Below are positions 1 to 9,724 of a stretch of DNA of 64,000 nucleotides, in pieces. Each line of letters starts with the position of its first letter. Within the stretch, counting starts at the first letter, position 1. Source of the stretch: Candidatus Latescibacterota bacterium (GTDB lineage Bacteria > Latescibacterota > UBA2968). A program made the position numbers and the translations under genes. The DNA lies in assembly GCA_965204375.1 (NCBI GenBank), contig OZ241986.1:4448001-4512000 (forward strand), read 5' to 3'. The notes beneath the pieces were generated by a model, which was given only the letters and a program-made list of their open reading frames with translations, did no database searches and was not told the origin of the DNA.

Positions 1-670
1 CACCAGTCGTAAACGAGTTGCAAGACTGATGCGACAAGCCAATATATGTGGTCTCAGCCGAAGAAAAGGTATCCTGACAACATTCTATCACAGACGAGAA
101 AGTCCCTGATCTGGTTAAGCGAGACTTTAGAGTTGATAAACCGAATAAGCTGTGGGTCGCTGATATTACCTACATAAAAACCTGGTCTGGCTTTTTGTAT
201 CTATCTGTTGTCATAGACGCCTTCTCCAGACGTGTGGTTGGTTGGGCAATGGCCTCACACTTGAAGACGCAACTGGTCTTAGATGCTCTGGATATGGCAC
301 TTTGGAACCGACGATCAGATGGGGTCATTCATCATTCGAATCAAGGGTCTCAATATACCTCCTACGCTTTTGGTCAACGCTGTGCAAAAATGGGGTCAGA
401 CCCTCTGTTGGATCGGTTGGCGATTGTTTTGACAATGCCTTGTGTGAAAGCTTCTTTGCCACCCTTGAGTGCGAGTTGATAGACCGACATAGCTTCCCCA
501 ATCATAGCCAGGCCAAACTGGCGATCTTCGAGTATATTGAAGGGTGGTATAATCCACACCGCAGGCACTCTGCACTGAAGTACCAATCGCCCATCACCTA
601 TGAAAAACTGATGGCAAAAGGTGATTGGGTTGAAAGTTCGACACTATCCACTAAAGCGGTGCTGTTGCCG
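1..670 (+). mobile_element. IS3-family transposase OrfB remnant (frameshifted, runs off window start)
   Basis: rve/DDE motifs spread over three frames: RKRVARLMR, PNKLWVADITYI..W.GFLYL.VVIDAFSRRVVGW, HHSNQGSQYTS, then GDCFDNALCESFFATLECE and IEGWYNPHRRHSAL; frame breaks near 100 and 390; IRR-like CTATCCACTAAAGCGG near 644. Confidence 0.9.
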
Positions 671-842
671 AATTCCGAATTCTGTCTCAATGCAAATAAA
701 CATAAGGCTTACAGAGCCTGAATTCAGGCCACAAACAACAGTTTTTCTAACCGCAGACGCCCTCTTGACCAATTCGGCAACAGCATCTAAAGTGAGGTAA
801 CTCCAAGGTTTCATAAATTGGTTGTGATATCTACCAGAAGCG

Positions 843-1658
843 ATGCGAGAGGATAAGACTTCAATGAATCTAAACAATCCCATTTTTATTGTGGGCTGTG
901 GACGAAGCGGAACATCAATGCTTACAAACATGATGGCAACTCATGAGGATATCGCGGTTTTTCCTCATGAAGGTAATAATTTTTGGCACCCAAAATCTTA
1001 TCCATGGCGACAATCGAAGGGCAATAGAGTACCTATATGGTTAGATCCACGCTGTTTTACACACACTTCATTACAAGATTGGACCGATCAGGACAAAAAA
1101 AAAATAAAAGACACGTTCACCAAATTTCAAAGAATATCTAATAAGGAATATTTCCTAAATAAAAGTACTATGATCATTTTTATGATTGACTTTATTTTAG
1201 AGTTATTTTCCGAAAGTCGTTTTATTCATCTGTATCGTGATGGTAGAGCTGTTGCGTTTTCTCATGGCAGGCGAGAATCTGTAAAAATGCAATTAGATCC
1301 CTTACTCTACAAAACAAGAGGTGTTTATTATTCTTGCGCCACATTATTTGAGAAGTGTGCTATAGCTTGGCGAGATCAAATATTAGAAATGGAGTCACAG
1401 ATAAAAAAACTGCGAAAACGTGGTATTATTCACGAATTGAGTTATGAAACTCTTTGTGAAAGTCCCATTCACTCCCTCGTTGGAATAGCATCCTTCTTAG
1501 GAGCGGATCCAAAGAAGTTCCAAAGAGATATTATTCCCTTAACAAAGAATATGAACTACAAATACAAACAAGCCCTAACACCTTTCTTCATAGACTATTT
1601 AACTGAGTTGATGAAACCTGCGTTAAAAATAAAAGGGTATTTACCGGCAATTGCATAG
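843..1658 (+). CDS. PAPS-dependent sulfotransferase family protein (likely start 864)
   Basis: 5'-PSB loop PIFIVGCGRSGTSML, 3'-PB motif FIHLYRDGRAV, LSYETL; visibly AT-rich. Confidence 0.85.
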   Translation: MREDKTSMNLNNPIFIVGCGRSGTSMLTNMMATHEDIAVFPHEGNNFWHPKSYPWRQSKGNRVPIWLDPRCFTHTSLQDWTDQDKKKIKDTFTKFQRISNKEYFLNKSTMIIFMIDFILELFSESRFIHLYRDGRAVAFSHGRRESVKMQLDPLLYKTRGVYYSCATLFEKCAIAWRDQILEMESQIKKLRKRGIIHELSYETLCESPIHSLVGIASFLGADPKKFQRDIIPLTKNMNYKYKQALTPFFIDYLTELMKPALKIKGYLPAIA

Positions 1659-1883
1659 GAAATTATTATAAGTGCATGGAGTTACCCAACGTCAGCGTCG
1701 AAATCCACAAACCATTTGAGCTTATTAAACAATACTTCGGACAGTTTTTAGGTGTAGATGACCGATGAGAAGCCGGTGGTTTCCTGCCACAATCGGCTTA
1801 GAGAAGCCCTCTATCCGAGTTGCTTGCGTCCAACAAGGGAGGTGAAAAAGTATTACGAGCGCACAATCCGGGACTTATCCATC

Positions 1884-1912
1884 ACTTGTCTGCGCGTTGC
1901 GCGCAAGCAGGC
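1884..1912. repeat. Short palindromic element inserted in frame in the ISL3 remnant (copy 1)
   Basis: ACTTGTCTGCGCG-TTG-CGCGCAAGCAGGC; its reverse complement matches the ends of 2503-2537. Confidence 0.6.
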
Positions 1913-2502
1913 GGGTCGCGCAGTCTATCTGAAGTTGGAAGAACGACAGTTTTTCTGCTCTGACTGCACGCGTCATTTTAGTGAACGCTTCTCCTTTGTC
2001 CGGCCTAATCGAACCACCACAACCCGTTATGAAGCCTACCTTTTTGAGCGTTGTGAGAAGACGCCGATCTCTCAGATAGCAATTTTGGAGAACCTGTGCT
2101 GGGTCTGTGGTGCAGGCGATTTATGTACGTCACGCCAACGATCATATCGCAAGTGCCGAAGGAGTGCGCTTTCTCGGCATTGACGAGTTAGTAGGGACAT
2201 AAAAGCTATGTCATGAGACAACTTCATCAGGCACTTGACAAGTATCGTCGTGCCATGCGCCAGCAGAAGAACCCGGATGAAGAAGCACTCAAACACCTTA
2301 AGTGTATCTTACTTAAAAATTTAGAATACCTAATTTAAGAAGAACCTACACGCATAGAACAGGCATTTCAAGCTTTCCCTCAACTCGAACAAGTCTGGCA
2401 ATTGAAAGAAGACCTGTTCCTGCGATTTGAAACTTCGATATCCGGATCTGTTTGTGGGCACGCTTGAAAGGTGGCGAAAGTATATTGTCGCCTTCTTTCA
2501 GC

Positions 2503-2537
2503 ACCTGCTTGCGCGGAAAACCTGTACACAGGCAAGT
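2503..2537. repeat. Short palindromic element inserted in frame in the ISL3 remnant (copy 2, opposite orientation)
   Basis: ACCTGCTTGCGCG...CAGGCAAGT. Confidence 0.6.
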
Positions 2538-2726
2538 CGGATTACGAATAGACTGATGGAGGGCATCAATAATCTGATCAAAACCATCAAACGAATGGGG
2601 TATGGTTTTCGCAACTTCGACCACTTCCGCATAAGAGTCCTCTGCGAATGTCGAGGATAGACGCTCAGCCTAAAAATCTTACATAAACCAAATTCAAAAA
2701 TAACTTTCTGATCTCGTGAGGAGTAT

Positions 2727-3809
2727 GTGAAAATTATCCTTGTTGCAGGTGCGCGGCCCAATTTTATGAAAGTTGCCCCGCTGTGGAATCAACTGACCGA
2801 GACACCCGATTGGTTTGAGCCGATTCTGGTGCATACGGGCCAACACTACGACGACCTCATGTCCGAGATTTTCTTGCGAGACTTAAATCTACCCAGACCG
2901 CATTATGAATTGAATGTAGGGTCGGGCAGTCACGCGTATCAGACGGCGCAGATCATGACGGGTTTTGAGAAGGTTTTATCGTTGGAAAGACCGGATTGGG
3001 TGCTCGTCGTTGGGGACGTAAATTCCACTTTGGCATGTGCGATGGATGCCGCAAAATTGCAGATTCCCATTGGACACATAGAGGCAGGGTTGCGAAGTTG
3101 GGATCGGTCGATGCCCGAAGAGATCAATCGAATCGTTGTGGATGCCATATCTGATCTTTTGTTTGCACCCTCGAAGCAGGCGTGTGAAAATCTAAGGCGC
3201 GAAGGCATAGAAGATCGCCGCATTCATTTTGTGGGCAATGTGATGATCGATTCTCTGATGTTGCTATCCCCCAAAGCCGATGAATCCCGCATCCTGGACA
3301 TACACGGTTTATCGGTTCGAGAATACGTTTTTCTAACCCTCCATCGCGCCTCAAATGTCGATTGTCCAGATACGTTGGCTGGCATTGTATCCGCGTTGCA
3401 AACCCTCAGATGTCCAATCGCATGGCCTTTGCATCCGAGAACCCGCAATCGCCTGTCCCAATTTGGTTTTTTGAAAAGGCTTGGGAAGATGCGCCATATC
3501 AAACTTATGGATCCCGTTGGCTACCTCGATTCTTTGAAACTTCAGAAAAATGCAAAATTTGTGATGACAGATTCCGGGGGATTGCAAGAAGAGACAACGG
3601 CTTTGGGGGTGCCGTGTTTGACGCTTAGAGAGAATACAGAACGACCAGAGACCATAAATATTGGGACGAATACACTTGTGGGTGTTTGTCCCGAACGCAT
3701 TGTTGCAGAGACTGAATCTGTTTTGAATGGGCAGTATAAATCCGGTTGCTTGCCCGAGTTGTGGGATGGTAATGCCGCAGAGCGTATCGTTGCTGTATTA
3801 AAAAATTAA
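2727..3809 (+). CDS. wecB: UDP-N-acetylglucosamine 2-epimerase (non-hydrolysing)
   Basis: GARPNFMK, HTGQHYD, HIEAGLRS, PEEINR, TDSGGLQEE, RENTERPET motifs; GTG start after GAGGAG RBS. Confidence 0.95.
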   Translation: MKIILVAGARPNFMKVAPLWNQLTETPDWFEPILVHTGQHYDDLMSEIFLRDLNLPRPHYELNVGSGSHAYQTAQIMTGFEKVLSLERPDWVLVVGDVNSTLACAMDAAKLQIPIGHIEAGLRSWDRSMPEEINRIVVDAISDLLFAPSKQACENLRREGIEDRRIHFVGNVMIDSLMLLSPKADESRILDIHGLSVREYVFLTLHRASNVDCPDTLAGIVSALQTLRCPIAWPLHPRTRNRLSQFGFLKRLGKMRHIKLMDPVGYLDSLKLQKNAKFVMTDSGGLQEETTALGVPCLTLRENTERPETINIGTNTLVGVCPERIVAETESVLNGQYKSGCLPELWDGNAAERIVAVLKN

Positions 3810-3854
3810 TCCTGTCCTAAAAATCAAATAGATTTGCTCTGAGAGGATGACACA

Positions 3855-5201
3855 ATGGCTATAACAGAAAGATTACCCTGGAGAATCGCCGATCCCATAC
3901 ATCTGCTAAAAGAGAAGATCGCCTCGCACGAAGCGCAGGTGGCAGTGATGGGATTGGGATATGTGGGATTGCCTTTATCTGTGGCATTGGGTAAGGTGGG
4001 ATTTTCCGTCACGGGAATCGATACATCGGCGCGCAAAGTAGAGCTAATAGAATCGGGAAAGTCCGATGTGCAGGGTGTATCGGAATTTGAGGTGACAAGT
4101 CTTAAAACTGTGGGGAAATTGACAGCGACTCGAGAATGCGATGTGCTCAATGAGGCCGATGTGGTGGTGGTATGTGTGCCCACACCCTTGAATAAAGCAC
4201 GCGACCCAGACGTCTCATTTATACAACAAGCATGTGATGCAATCAAAGACCGACTGCACTGCGGACAACTGGTGATTCTGGAGAGCACGACATATCCAGG
4301 TACGACTCATGAACTGGTATTGCCCCTTCTCGAAGAAAGTGGCTTGAAGGTTGGACGAGATTTTTTTCTGGCATTTTCCCCAGAGCGCGTCGATCCGGGC
4401 AACAGGGTTTATACCATCACCAACACGCCCAAAGTCGTGGGTGGTATTACCCCGTCTTGCACAAAAATAGGCACGCATTTTTACCGACAATCGATCGGCG
4501 AAGTCGTACCGGTCTCATCGACCCAGGCAGCAGAAATGACCAAGTTGCTGGAAAATACTTTTCGCAGTGTAAATATCGGCCTTGTCAATGAAGTGGCCCT
4601 GATGTGTGACCGCCTGGGGGTGGATGTTTGGGAAGTAATCGATGCCGCAGCGACCAAGCCGTTTGGATTTATGCCGTTTTATCCCGGTCCTGGGTTGGGC
4701 GGGCATTGCATCCCGGTTGATCCTCACTTTCTGGCCTGGAAGCTCAAGACCTTGAATTACAATGCGCGCTTTATCGAATTGGCCAGCGAAGTGACGCGTA
4801 GCATGCCGGGCTATGTGGTCGAAAAAATCACCGACGCACTCAACGAATACGAGCGGTGTTTGAAAGGCTCGAACATCCTGATATTGGGCGTGACGTATAA
4901 ACCCGATGTACGCGATATTCGCGAGTCTCCGGCATTGGATATTATAGAAATGCTTCAGGAGAAAGGGGTGAAGGTCTCGTATTGCGATCCGTTTGTAGAT
5001 CACTTGCAGACAGAAAGCCTGGACTTGAAGAGCATTACTTTAAATAAAAAAAATACAACTGAAGCCCATTGTGTGGTGATAGTGACACATCACAGCAATT
5101 GGGATTATGAATGGATAGTAAGGCACGCGCGTTGTATTGTCGATACGCGCAATGCCACGCAGGCTGTATCTGGCAAGAAAGATCACGTTTTTAAATTATA
5201 G
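3855..5201 (+). CDS. UDP-N-acetylhexosamine 6-dehydrogenase (WbpA/WecC-type nucleotide sugar dehydrogenase)
   Basis: GLGYVGLP, CVPTP, ESTTYPGTT, FSPERVDPGN, KLLENTFR, GPGLGGHCIPVDP, DIRESP. Confidence 0.93.
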   Translation: MAITERLPWRIADPIHLLKEKIASHEAQVAVMGLGYVGLPLSVALGKVGFSVTGIDTSARKVELIESGKSDVQGVSEFEVTSLKTVGKLTATRECDVLNEADVVVVCVPTPLNKARDPDVSFIQQACDAIKDRLHCGQLVILESTTYPGTTHELVLPLLEESGLKVGRDFFLAFSPERVDPGNRVYTITNTPKVVGGITPSCTKIGTHFYRQSIGEVVPVSSTQAAEMTKLLENTFRSVNIGLVNEVALMCDRLGVDVWEVIDAAATKPFGFMPFYPGPGLGGHCIPVDPHFLAWKLKTLNYNARFIELASEVTRSMPGYVVEKITDALNEYERCLKGSNILILGVTYKPDVRDIRESPALDIIEMLQEKGVKVSYCDPFVDHLQTESLDLKSITLNKKNTTEAHCVVIVTHHSNWDYEWIVRHARCIVDTRNATQAVSGKKDHVFKL

Positions 5202-5279
5202 CATCGGAGTCCTTGTGGGCTTTTCCTATGAGGGCCTCGCTGATGACTTCTCAGGCACCTTTAGTTCTGCGTTCAGTAT

Positions 5280-5327
5280 TGAAAAGAGCGAGTCCTTTTT
5301 GGCTCGTTCTTTTTTTAATTTAAAATG
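5280..5327 (+). terminator. Terminator half of the repeated terminator-promoter module
   Basis: AAAAGAGCGAGTC-CTTTTT-GGCTCGTTCTTTTTTT..AAAATGC, same as the 5' half of the copies at 21172, 22207, 23226 and 24757. Confidence 0.8.
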
Positions 5328-5405
5328 CCTATTCATCATCATTGCAAGTGTGCCGCAATGTTGTTTAAGATGCGTGGAAATCCTGGTGATCACGACCTCA
5401 TTCAC

Positions 5406-5500
5406 CATCGCGTACCTAAACTGTGTGAATCGTGTGAAAAGAAACACTCGACAACGAGTATTAAAAAATTAAATTTGTTTTTTAAGCCACCTTTCTTACG
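5406..5500 (+). repeat. ~95-bp imperfect inverted repeat, left arm (partner 9481-9576)
   Basis: CATCGCGTA..TGTGTGAATCGTGTGAAA..TCGACAA..GTATT shared with the reverse complement of 9481-9576. Confidence 0.75.
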
Positions 5501-5612
5501 GGTTGGTGATACGGTCAGAGGCGTACTTTGCTTTAGGCAGTGAAGTATGCCTCTATTGTCATCCCGCAAAATGAGCGTATAACATAATGCCCCGCAATTC
5601 AAGACAAAAATG
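5501..5612 (+). repeat. ~115-bp intergenic repeat, family 2, copy A (partner 11166-11285)
   Basis: GGTTGGTG..GAGGCGTACTTTGC..GTGAAGTATGCCT hairpin, then TAATGCCCCGCAATTCAAGACAAAAATG. Confidence 0.8.
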
Positions 5613-5641
5613 CAAGGGACAGTAAGACATCGGAGGTTCCA

Positions 5642-7924
5642 ATGGCAGCCAAACAAAATGAATCGTATGTATGTCCTCCCAAGTGCGAGTCGTTTAATAT
5701 TCCAGAGGATATCATGGATGAGGAGATTAAAATCATATGCAAGAGGCGAAAAAATGTCCAAACCGAGTCCCCCAATTCTGATGAACAAAAAGCCAAAGAA
5801 CCAGAACTCAGGAAAAATCTCGTCGGTCTGGCACTCTCGGGAGGGGGTATCCGGTCAGCGACTTTCTCACTGGGGGTTCTGCAAAGACTCGCCAAAGAGG
5901 ATTGCCTCAAACATGTGGATTACCTCTCGACGGTTTCTGGAGGCGGATACATCGGAGGTGCTTTGACATGGCTCCTCAGCGACAAAGTCAGGAGTCCAAA
6001 AAACGGCAGAGATTTCAGGACCACCAGTGACAAATTTCCTTACGGCGTTGAGGCCCCTCGAGAAGAGCAGCTACGCGAGAACGAGTCCAATATTCTCAAG
6101 CATCTGCGCCTGCACGGCAAATACCTCATGCCCGGCAAGGGAATCACGACAACATCGCTAATCGCCGTGATTCTCCGGGGCATCCTTCTCAATCTTTTGG
6201 TGTGGCTACCGCTGGTGGTCTTGCTTATGGTTGTGCTCATGTTCGTGTCGTGCGCTATTTGGTATATAGGGAGTTTCGGTGAGGCGACCAGCAGTTGGGA
6301 GGCTATATGGAGTGCTATCAAAGAGACCTGCTTGGCATGCATCGCTAAGAACGAGAGGGGACTTAATTTACTACTTTACCCCGCGGGACTCATGGGGGGC
6401 GTGTTCCTACTTGTCAGTATTCTTTATTCACTGTCCACTCGGAAACCCATTCTCAAAGACCCATACCTGAGACGACGAAAATTTGAGGAGTGGATCCGGT
6501 GGGTACTGTGGATAGGTCTGGGGCTCCTCGTGGTAGGATCTCTTCCAGTCGTGGAAAGATGGCTGGGTGACTACCTGGAGGAAGTCGGTGTCGCGTCAGT
6601 CTTGCTCGCTATCGTTAGTGGGGTGTTGGCTTTCCGCTCGGATAGCAATGGCAAAGGAAAGATTCCCCTCGGCGTTCTCGCACCGCTTGCGTCCATTCCG
6701 TTTTTCTATGGACTGGCGTTAGCGTCGTATAAGCTGGCCTTGTTGTACTTGGGGGCTGACCCTACCTGGATCAAATGGGTGCTCTTGGGAGGTAGTGTAT
6801 TCATCCCGCTCTTGACAGGTTGGTGTGTGAATCTCAACTACATCTCGATCCACCGCTACTATCGGGACCGTCTCATGGAAGCTTTCATGCCCTGCCCGAA
6901 TACGGACGGAAAACCCGCTGCAGCAATAAAAGCCGACAAAGCGAAACTGAGTGACATGTGGAGTAAGCACGCGCCTTATCATCTGGTGAATACCAATGTG
7001 ATACTGGTGGACTCGGACGATTCCAGATGGCGGGTGAGGGGTGGAGATGCTTTTCTTTTATCGCCAAAATATTGCGGTAGCACAGCGACGGGTTGGAGAA
7101 AAACCGCCTGTTATATGAAGAAAGACTCCCTTACCCTGGCGACAGCAGTAGCCATATCTGGGGCTGCTGCCAATCCGAACACAGGTGCCGGAGGCTCAGG
7201 ACCTACAAGAAAACCTTTGTTGTCCCTACTGATGTCCTTGCTGAACGTACGCCTCGGTTATTGGGTCCCACATCCCAACCCTGAAAAATCCAAGTTCCGA
7301 ATAGTCGCAAATCACTTTCGCGCTGCCTACCACGAACTAAGTCCGCGCGGCTACACAGAACACCAGAAGTTGCTTCAAATTAGTGACGGCGGTCATTTTG
7401 AAAACCTGGGTGTATATGAGTTGGTGCGCCGCAAAGTGAAACTAATCATCTGTTGCGATGGCAGCGCTGATCCCGAGTTTAGTTTTTCAGATTTGCAAGT
7501 TCTGGTGCGCCGGATCGGCACTGACTTCGGAGCAAAAATCAAATTTGACAGCAACAACTATCTGGAACGCATCATTCCCCGTGATCCCGATCCCCAAAAG
7601 GTCATCGACCGACATCCGAACACCGACGCTTATCCCGTAGGTGTCAAGTTTGCGGAACGAGGCTATATCAAGGGCAAGATTATCTACCGGGACGGGTCCA
7701 AGAGTACGCTGATCCTGCTCAAAACAACAATGATCAAGGGCCTTGGCATACGGCTCAAAGGCTACAAAGGCGCACATCCTGATTTTCCCGATCAGAGCAC
7801 TGCCGACCAGTTCTTTGATGAAGAACAGTTTGAGGCATACCGAAAACTGGGTTACGAGATTGCAAAGAGAATGATCAACGACCCATGGGTAGGTCTTCAG
7901 AGACTGCTGGATGAATGTAGATAG
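5642..7924 (+). CDS. Patatin/cPLA2-like phospholipase with an inserted multi-TM region
   Basis: GLALSGGGIRSA oxyanion motif, STVSGG catalytic Ser, SDGGHFENLG catalytic Asp, about 6 hydrophobic helices in between. Confidence 0.85.
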   Translation: MAAKQNESYVCPPKCESFNIPEDIMDEEIKIICKRRKNVQTESPNSDEQKAKEPELRKNLVGLALSGGGIRSATFSLGVLQRLAKEDCLKHVDYLSTVSGGGYIGGALTWLLSDKVRSPKNGRDFRTTSDKFPYGVEAPREEQLRENESNILKHLRLHGKYLMPGKGITTTSLIAVILRGILLNLLVWLPLVVLLMVVLMFVSCAIWYIGSFGEATSSWEAIWSAIKETCLACIAKNERGLNLLLYPAGLMGGVFLLVSILYSLSTRKPILKDPYLRRRKFEEWIRWVLWIGLGLLVVGSLPVVERWLGDYLEEVGVASVLLAIVSGVLAFRSDSNGKGKIPLGVLAPLASIPFFYGLALASYKLALLYLGADPTWIKWVLLGGSVFIPLLTGWCVNLNYISIHRYYRDRLMEAFMPCPNTDGKPAAAIKADKAKLSDMWSKHAPYHLVNTNVILVDSDDSRWRVRGGDAFLLSPKYCGSTATGWRKTACYMKKDSLTLATAVAISGAAANPNTGAGGSGPTRKPLLSLLMSLLNVRLGYWVPHPNPEKSKFRIVANHFRAAYHELSPRGYTEHQKLLQISDGGHFENLGVYELVRRKVKLIICCDGSADPEFSFSDLQVLVRRIGTDFGAKIKFDSNNYLERIIPRDPDPQKVIDRHPNTDAYPVGVKFAERGYIKGKIIYRDGSKSTLILLKTTMIKGLGIRLKGYKGAHPDFPDQSTADQFFDEEQFEAYRKLGYEIAKRMINDPWVGLQRLLDECR

Positions 7925-8135
7925 TCAAAACAGGCACTCATTAAGAAATGAGGCCGGGCCTGGTGGACCTGTTGCGCCTGCCTGAAGCAACTCTTGAACC
8001 CCTCTCCATTTTGCGCGACCAATGGTGCGCCGAGCGTCCACGGCGACAAATCGACGCGGATTGACCTTTAAATCAGGTGTCGCGTATTGCGGCATTATTG
8101 TAAGAGGAAAACGAATGGTAGGAGGAATTAGGATA

Positions 8136-8774
8136 ATGAAAAGAGGATGCATCTCAGTGGATGATATTGATTGCTCAAAGCCCAAGCCCGTTGAGGAGTT
8201 CAGTTGTAGGTCCAATAACAGAAGACAAGGAGATTCAACGCTTGCTGATCTTGTCTCCGATTATATCGAAAAATATAGGGGCGGAATGAAGCGACGCTTA
8301 AGAGATTATAAGGATCAGCTCACCCTGAATGATGCGATTGAAATCGCTGCACTCTGCGTATCGTCCAATGGCAAACGTCATGGACACCAAAGGAGAATAA
8401 CACAGTCTGCACTTAATGAATCAGCAAGGAGACTCCTTGGTGTTCAGGACGAAATCAAAATGTGCAGGGACTTTGATAGTTTGAGAGGTTTTGTAGATAG
8501 CACAGTAAGGGGTATCCGTGGCATTGGACCTCTCACTATTTATGACACTGCACTGAGAATCGGAGCAAAACTTGACTTATATCCCAAGGCTGTCTATCTG
8601 TACAGAGGAGTGATTAGTGGCGCAAAGGCTCTTGGACTAAATTACAGGCAAAAATCAATACCAATTGAGGACATACCAGAGCCTATTTCGAGCAATCTTG
8701 AGCCTTATGAAATTGAGGATTTTCTATGTATCTACAAAGGGAATTTGTGGAATCTCAGGAGCAAAAATACATAA
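8136..8774 (+). CDS. Helix-hairpin-helix (HhH-GPD-like) hypothetical protein
   Basis: IRGIGPLTIYD HhH motif, C-terminal EIEDFLCIYK; ATG 8136 after GGAGGA preferred over ORF start 8022. Confidence 0.6.
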   Translation: MKRGCISVDDIDCSKPKPVEEFSCRSNNRRQGDSTLADLVSDYIEKYRGGMKRRLRDYKDQLTLNDAIEIAALCVSSNGKRHGHQRRITQSALNESARRLLGVQDEIKMCRDFDSLRGFVDSTVRGIRGIGPLTIYDTALRIGAKLDLYPKAVYLYRGVISGAKALGLNYRQKSIPIEDIPEPISSNLEPYEIEDFLCIYKGNLWNLRSKNT

Positions 8775-8854
8775 TCCCGTAACCGCCCGCTCTTTATAGT
8801 CGCTGATAACCTGCTATCGCAGTTGTACCCCGCTACGCGCCTCAAGTATAACAT

Positions 8855-8893
8855 AAAAGCCTGCTGATCACAACCGATCAACGGGCTTTTTTT
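8855..8893. terminator. Bidirectional intrinsic terminator between convergent genes
   Basis: AAAAGCCTGCTGATC-ACAACC-GATCAACGGGCTTTTTTT. Confidence 0.7.
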
Positions 8894-8939
8894 ATAGTCA
8901 TCAGCACCGACGCACCACACTATCCTCTGCATGCCATTT

Positions 8940-9455
8940 TCAAACAAGCGGCCAAATTTGTTTCCCAAACACCTCATCTGGATAGAGCCCTATCACTGCC
9001 TTCTGTGACAAATGCTCTGCGTTTTTCGTCGGCTTGCTATTCAAAAACTCTTGAATGGTCTGAATAACTACCTTCGGTTTCAGATGCGGCTGTGCCCCAG
9101 GAACAACCGTGCGAATAAAGTCTATTGGTACATTTGGGAAGGCTCCTACACACCCAAAGTTGCGTTTGACTGCTCGAGACAACCGCGGTTTGTCCGAATT
9201 CTGTGCGTAAAAAAAATGAACATCAAAATCTTTTACTCCGCAACCACGACCTAAATACTGAAGCGCAGCACCTTGACATAGAGCTACGAGGATCAAGCGT
9301 TGGCGGTAAAATCCGATCAAGTGCGAATTGCGCTCAAAGAACGCCTTTTCCTCCTCGGCTGCTAGTGTTGCTAAGCTTCGAAGTTCATCCAAGGTCACTG
9401 GCTGATCAATATAGCTATTTTCCATAATAGACCTCATGCATTTAGGGATGGGCAC
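8940..9455 (-). CDS. Pol-beta-like nucleotidyltransferase-fold hypothetical protein
   Basis: LCQGAALQY...GVKDFDVHFFY resembles the G[SA]-x-D-x-D signature, with a later VPIDFI acidic strand. Confidence 0.55.
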   Translation of the reverse strand: MPIPKCMRSIMENSYIDQPVTLDELRSLATLAAEEEKAFFERNSHLIGFYRQRLILVALCQGAALQYLGRGCGVKDFDVHFFYAQNSDKPRLSRAVKRNFGCVGAFPNVPIDFIRTVVPGAQPHLKPKVVIQTIQEFLNSKPTKNAEHLSQKAVIGLYPDEVFGKQIWPLV

Positions 9456-9480
9456 GAGGAAGTCGTCAAACAGGCTCTTG

Positions 9481-9576
9481 TACAGGAAAGTGAGTTGGCA
9501 AAAAAATTTATATTATTCAATACCTATTGTCGAACTTTTTCTTTCACACGATTCACACATTTGAGATTACGCGATG
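9481..9576 (-). repeat. ~95-bp imperfect inverted repeat, right arm
   Basis: TTTCACACGATTCACACA..TACGCGATG is the reverse complement of the 5406-5500 core. Confidence 0.75.
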
Positions 9577-9649
9577 AATTGACAGGCTATATTCCTTTTC
9601 TCAATCACAATAGTATTCGTCGTCACACTGTCATTGGGATATAGCACAC

Positions 9650-9691
9650 AATACGGTTCGTTGACACTCCTTTGGCTTTGGGCTATATTGC
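9650..9691 (+). promoter_or_regulatory. Promoter half of the repeated module (sigma70-type)
   Basis: TTGACA 9661-9666, 17-nt spacer, TATATT 9684-9689; near-identical to 22285-22325. Confidence 0.85.
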
Positions 9692-9724
9692 AAAATAAGA
9701 AGTGTGAATTGGAAGATTTAAGTC

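Larger units (their letters stand above)
1676..2660 (+). pseudogene. ISL3-family transposase pseudogene
   Basis: ERTIRDLSI..RAVYLKL..RQFFCSDC (zf-ISL3), RFLGIDE in another frame, C-terminal TN..MEGINNLIKTIKRMGYGFRNFDHFRIRVL; multiple frameshifts and deletions. Confidence 0.9.

Noticed and set aside
380-400. Programmed frameshift in IS3
   Set aside because: The shift falls inside the DDE core rather than at the orfA/orfB junction, and a second shift exists near 100, so decay is more likely
5576-5604. dif/pdif site (minus strand TTATGTTATAC resembles the XerD arm)
   Set aside because: No XerC-like arm at 6-bp spacing, and the arm is not conserved in copy B
5642-9455. CBASS (NTase plus patatin)
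   Set aside because: The NTase is only 171 aa, convergent rather than operonic, and the lipase is the TM cPLA2-like type rather than CapV-like
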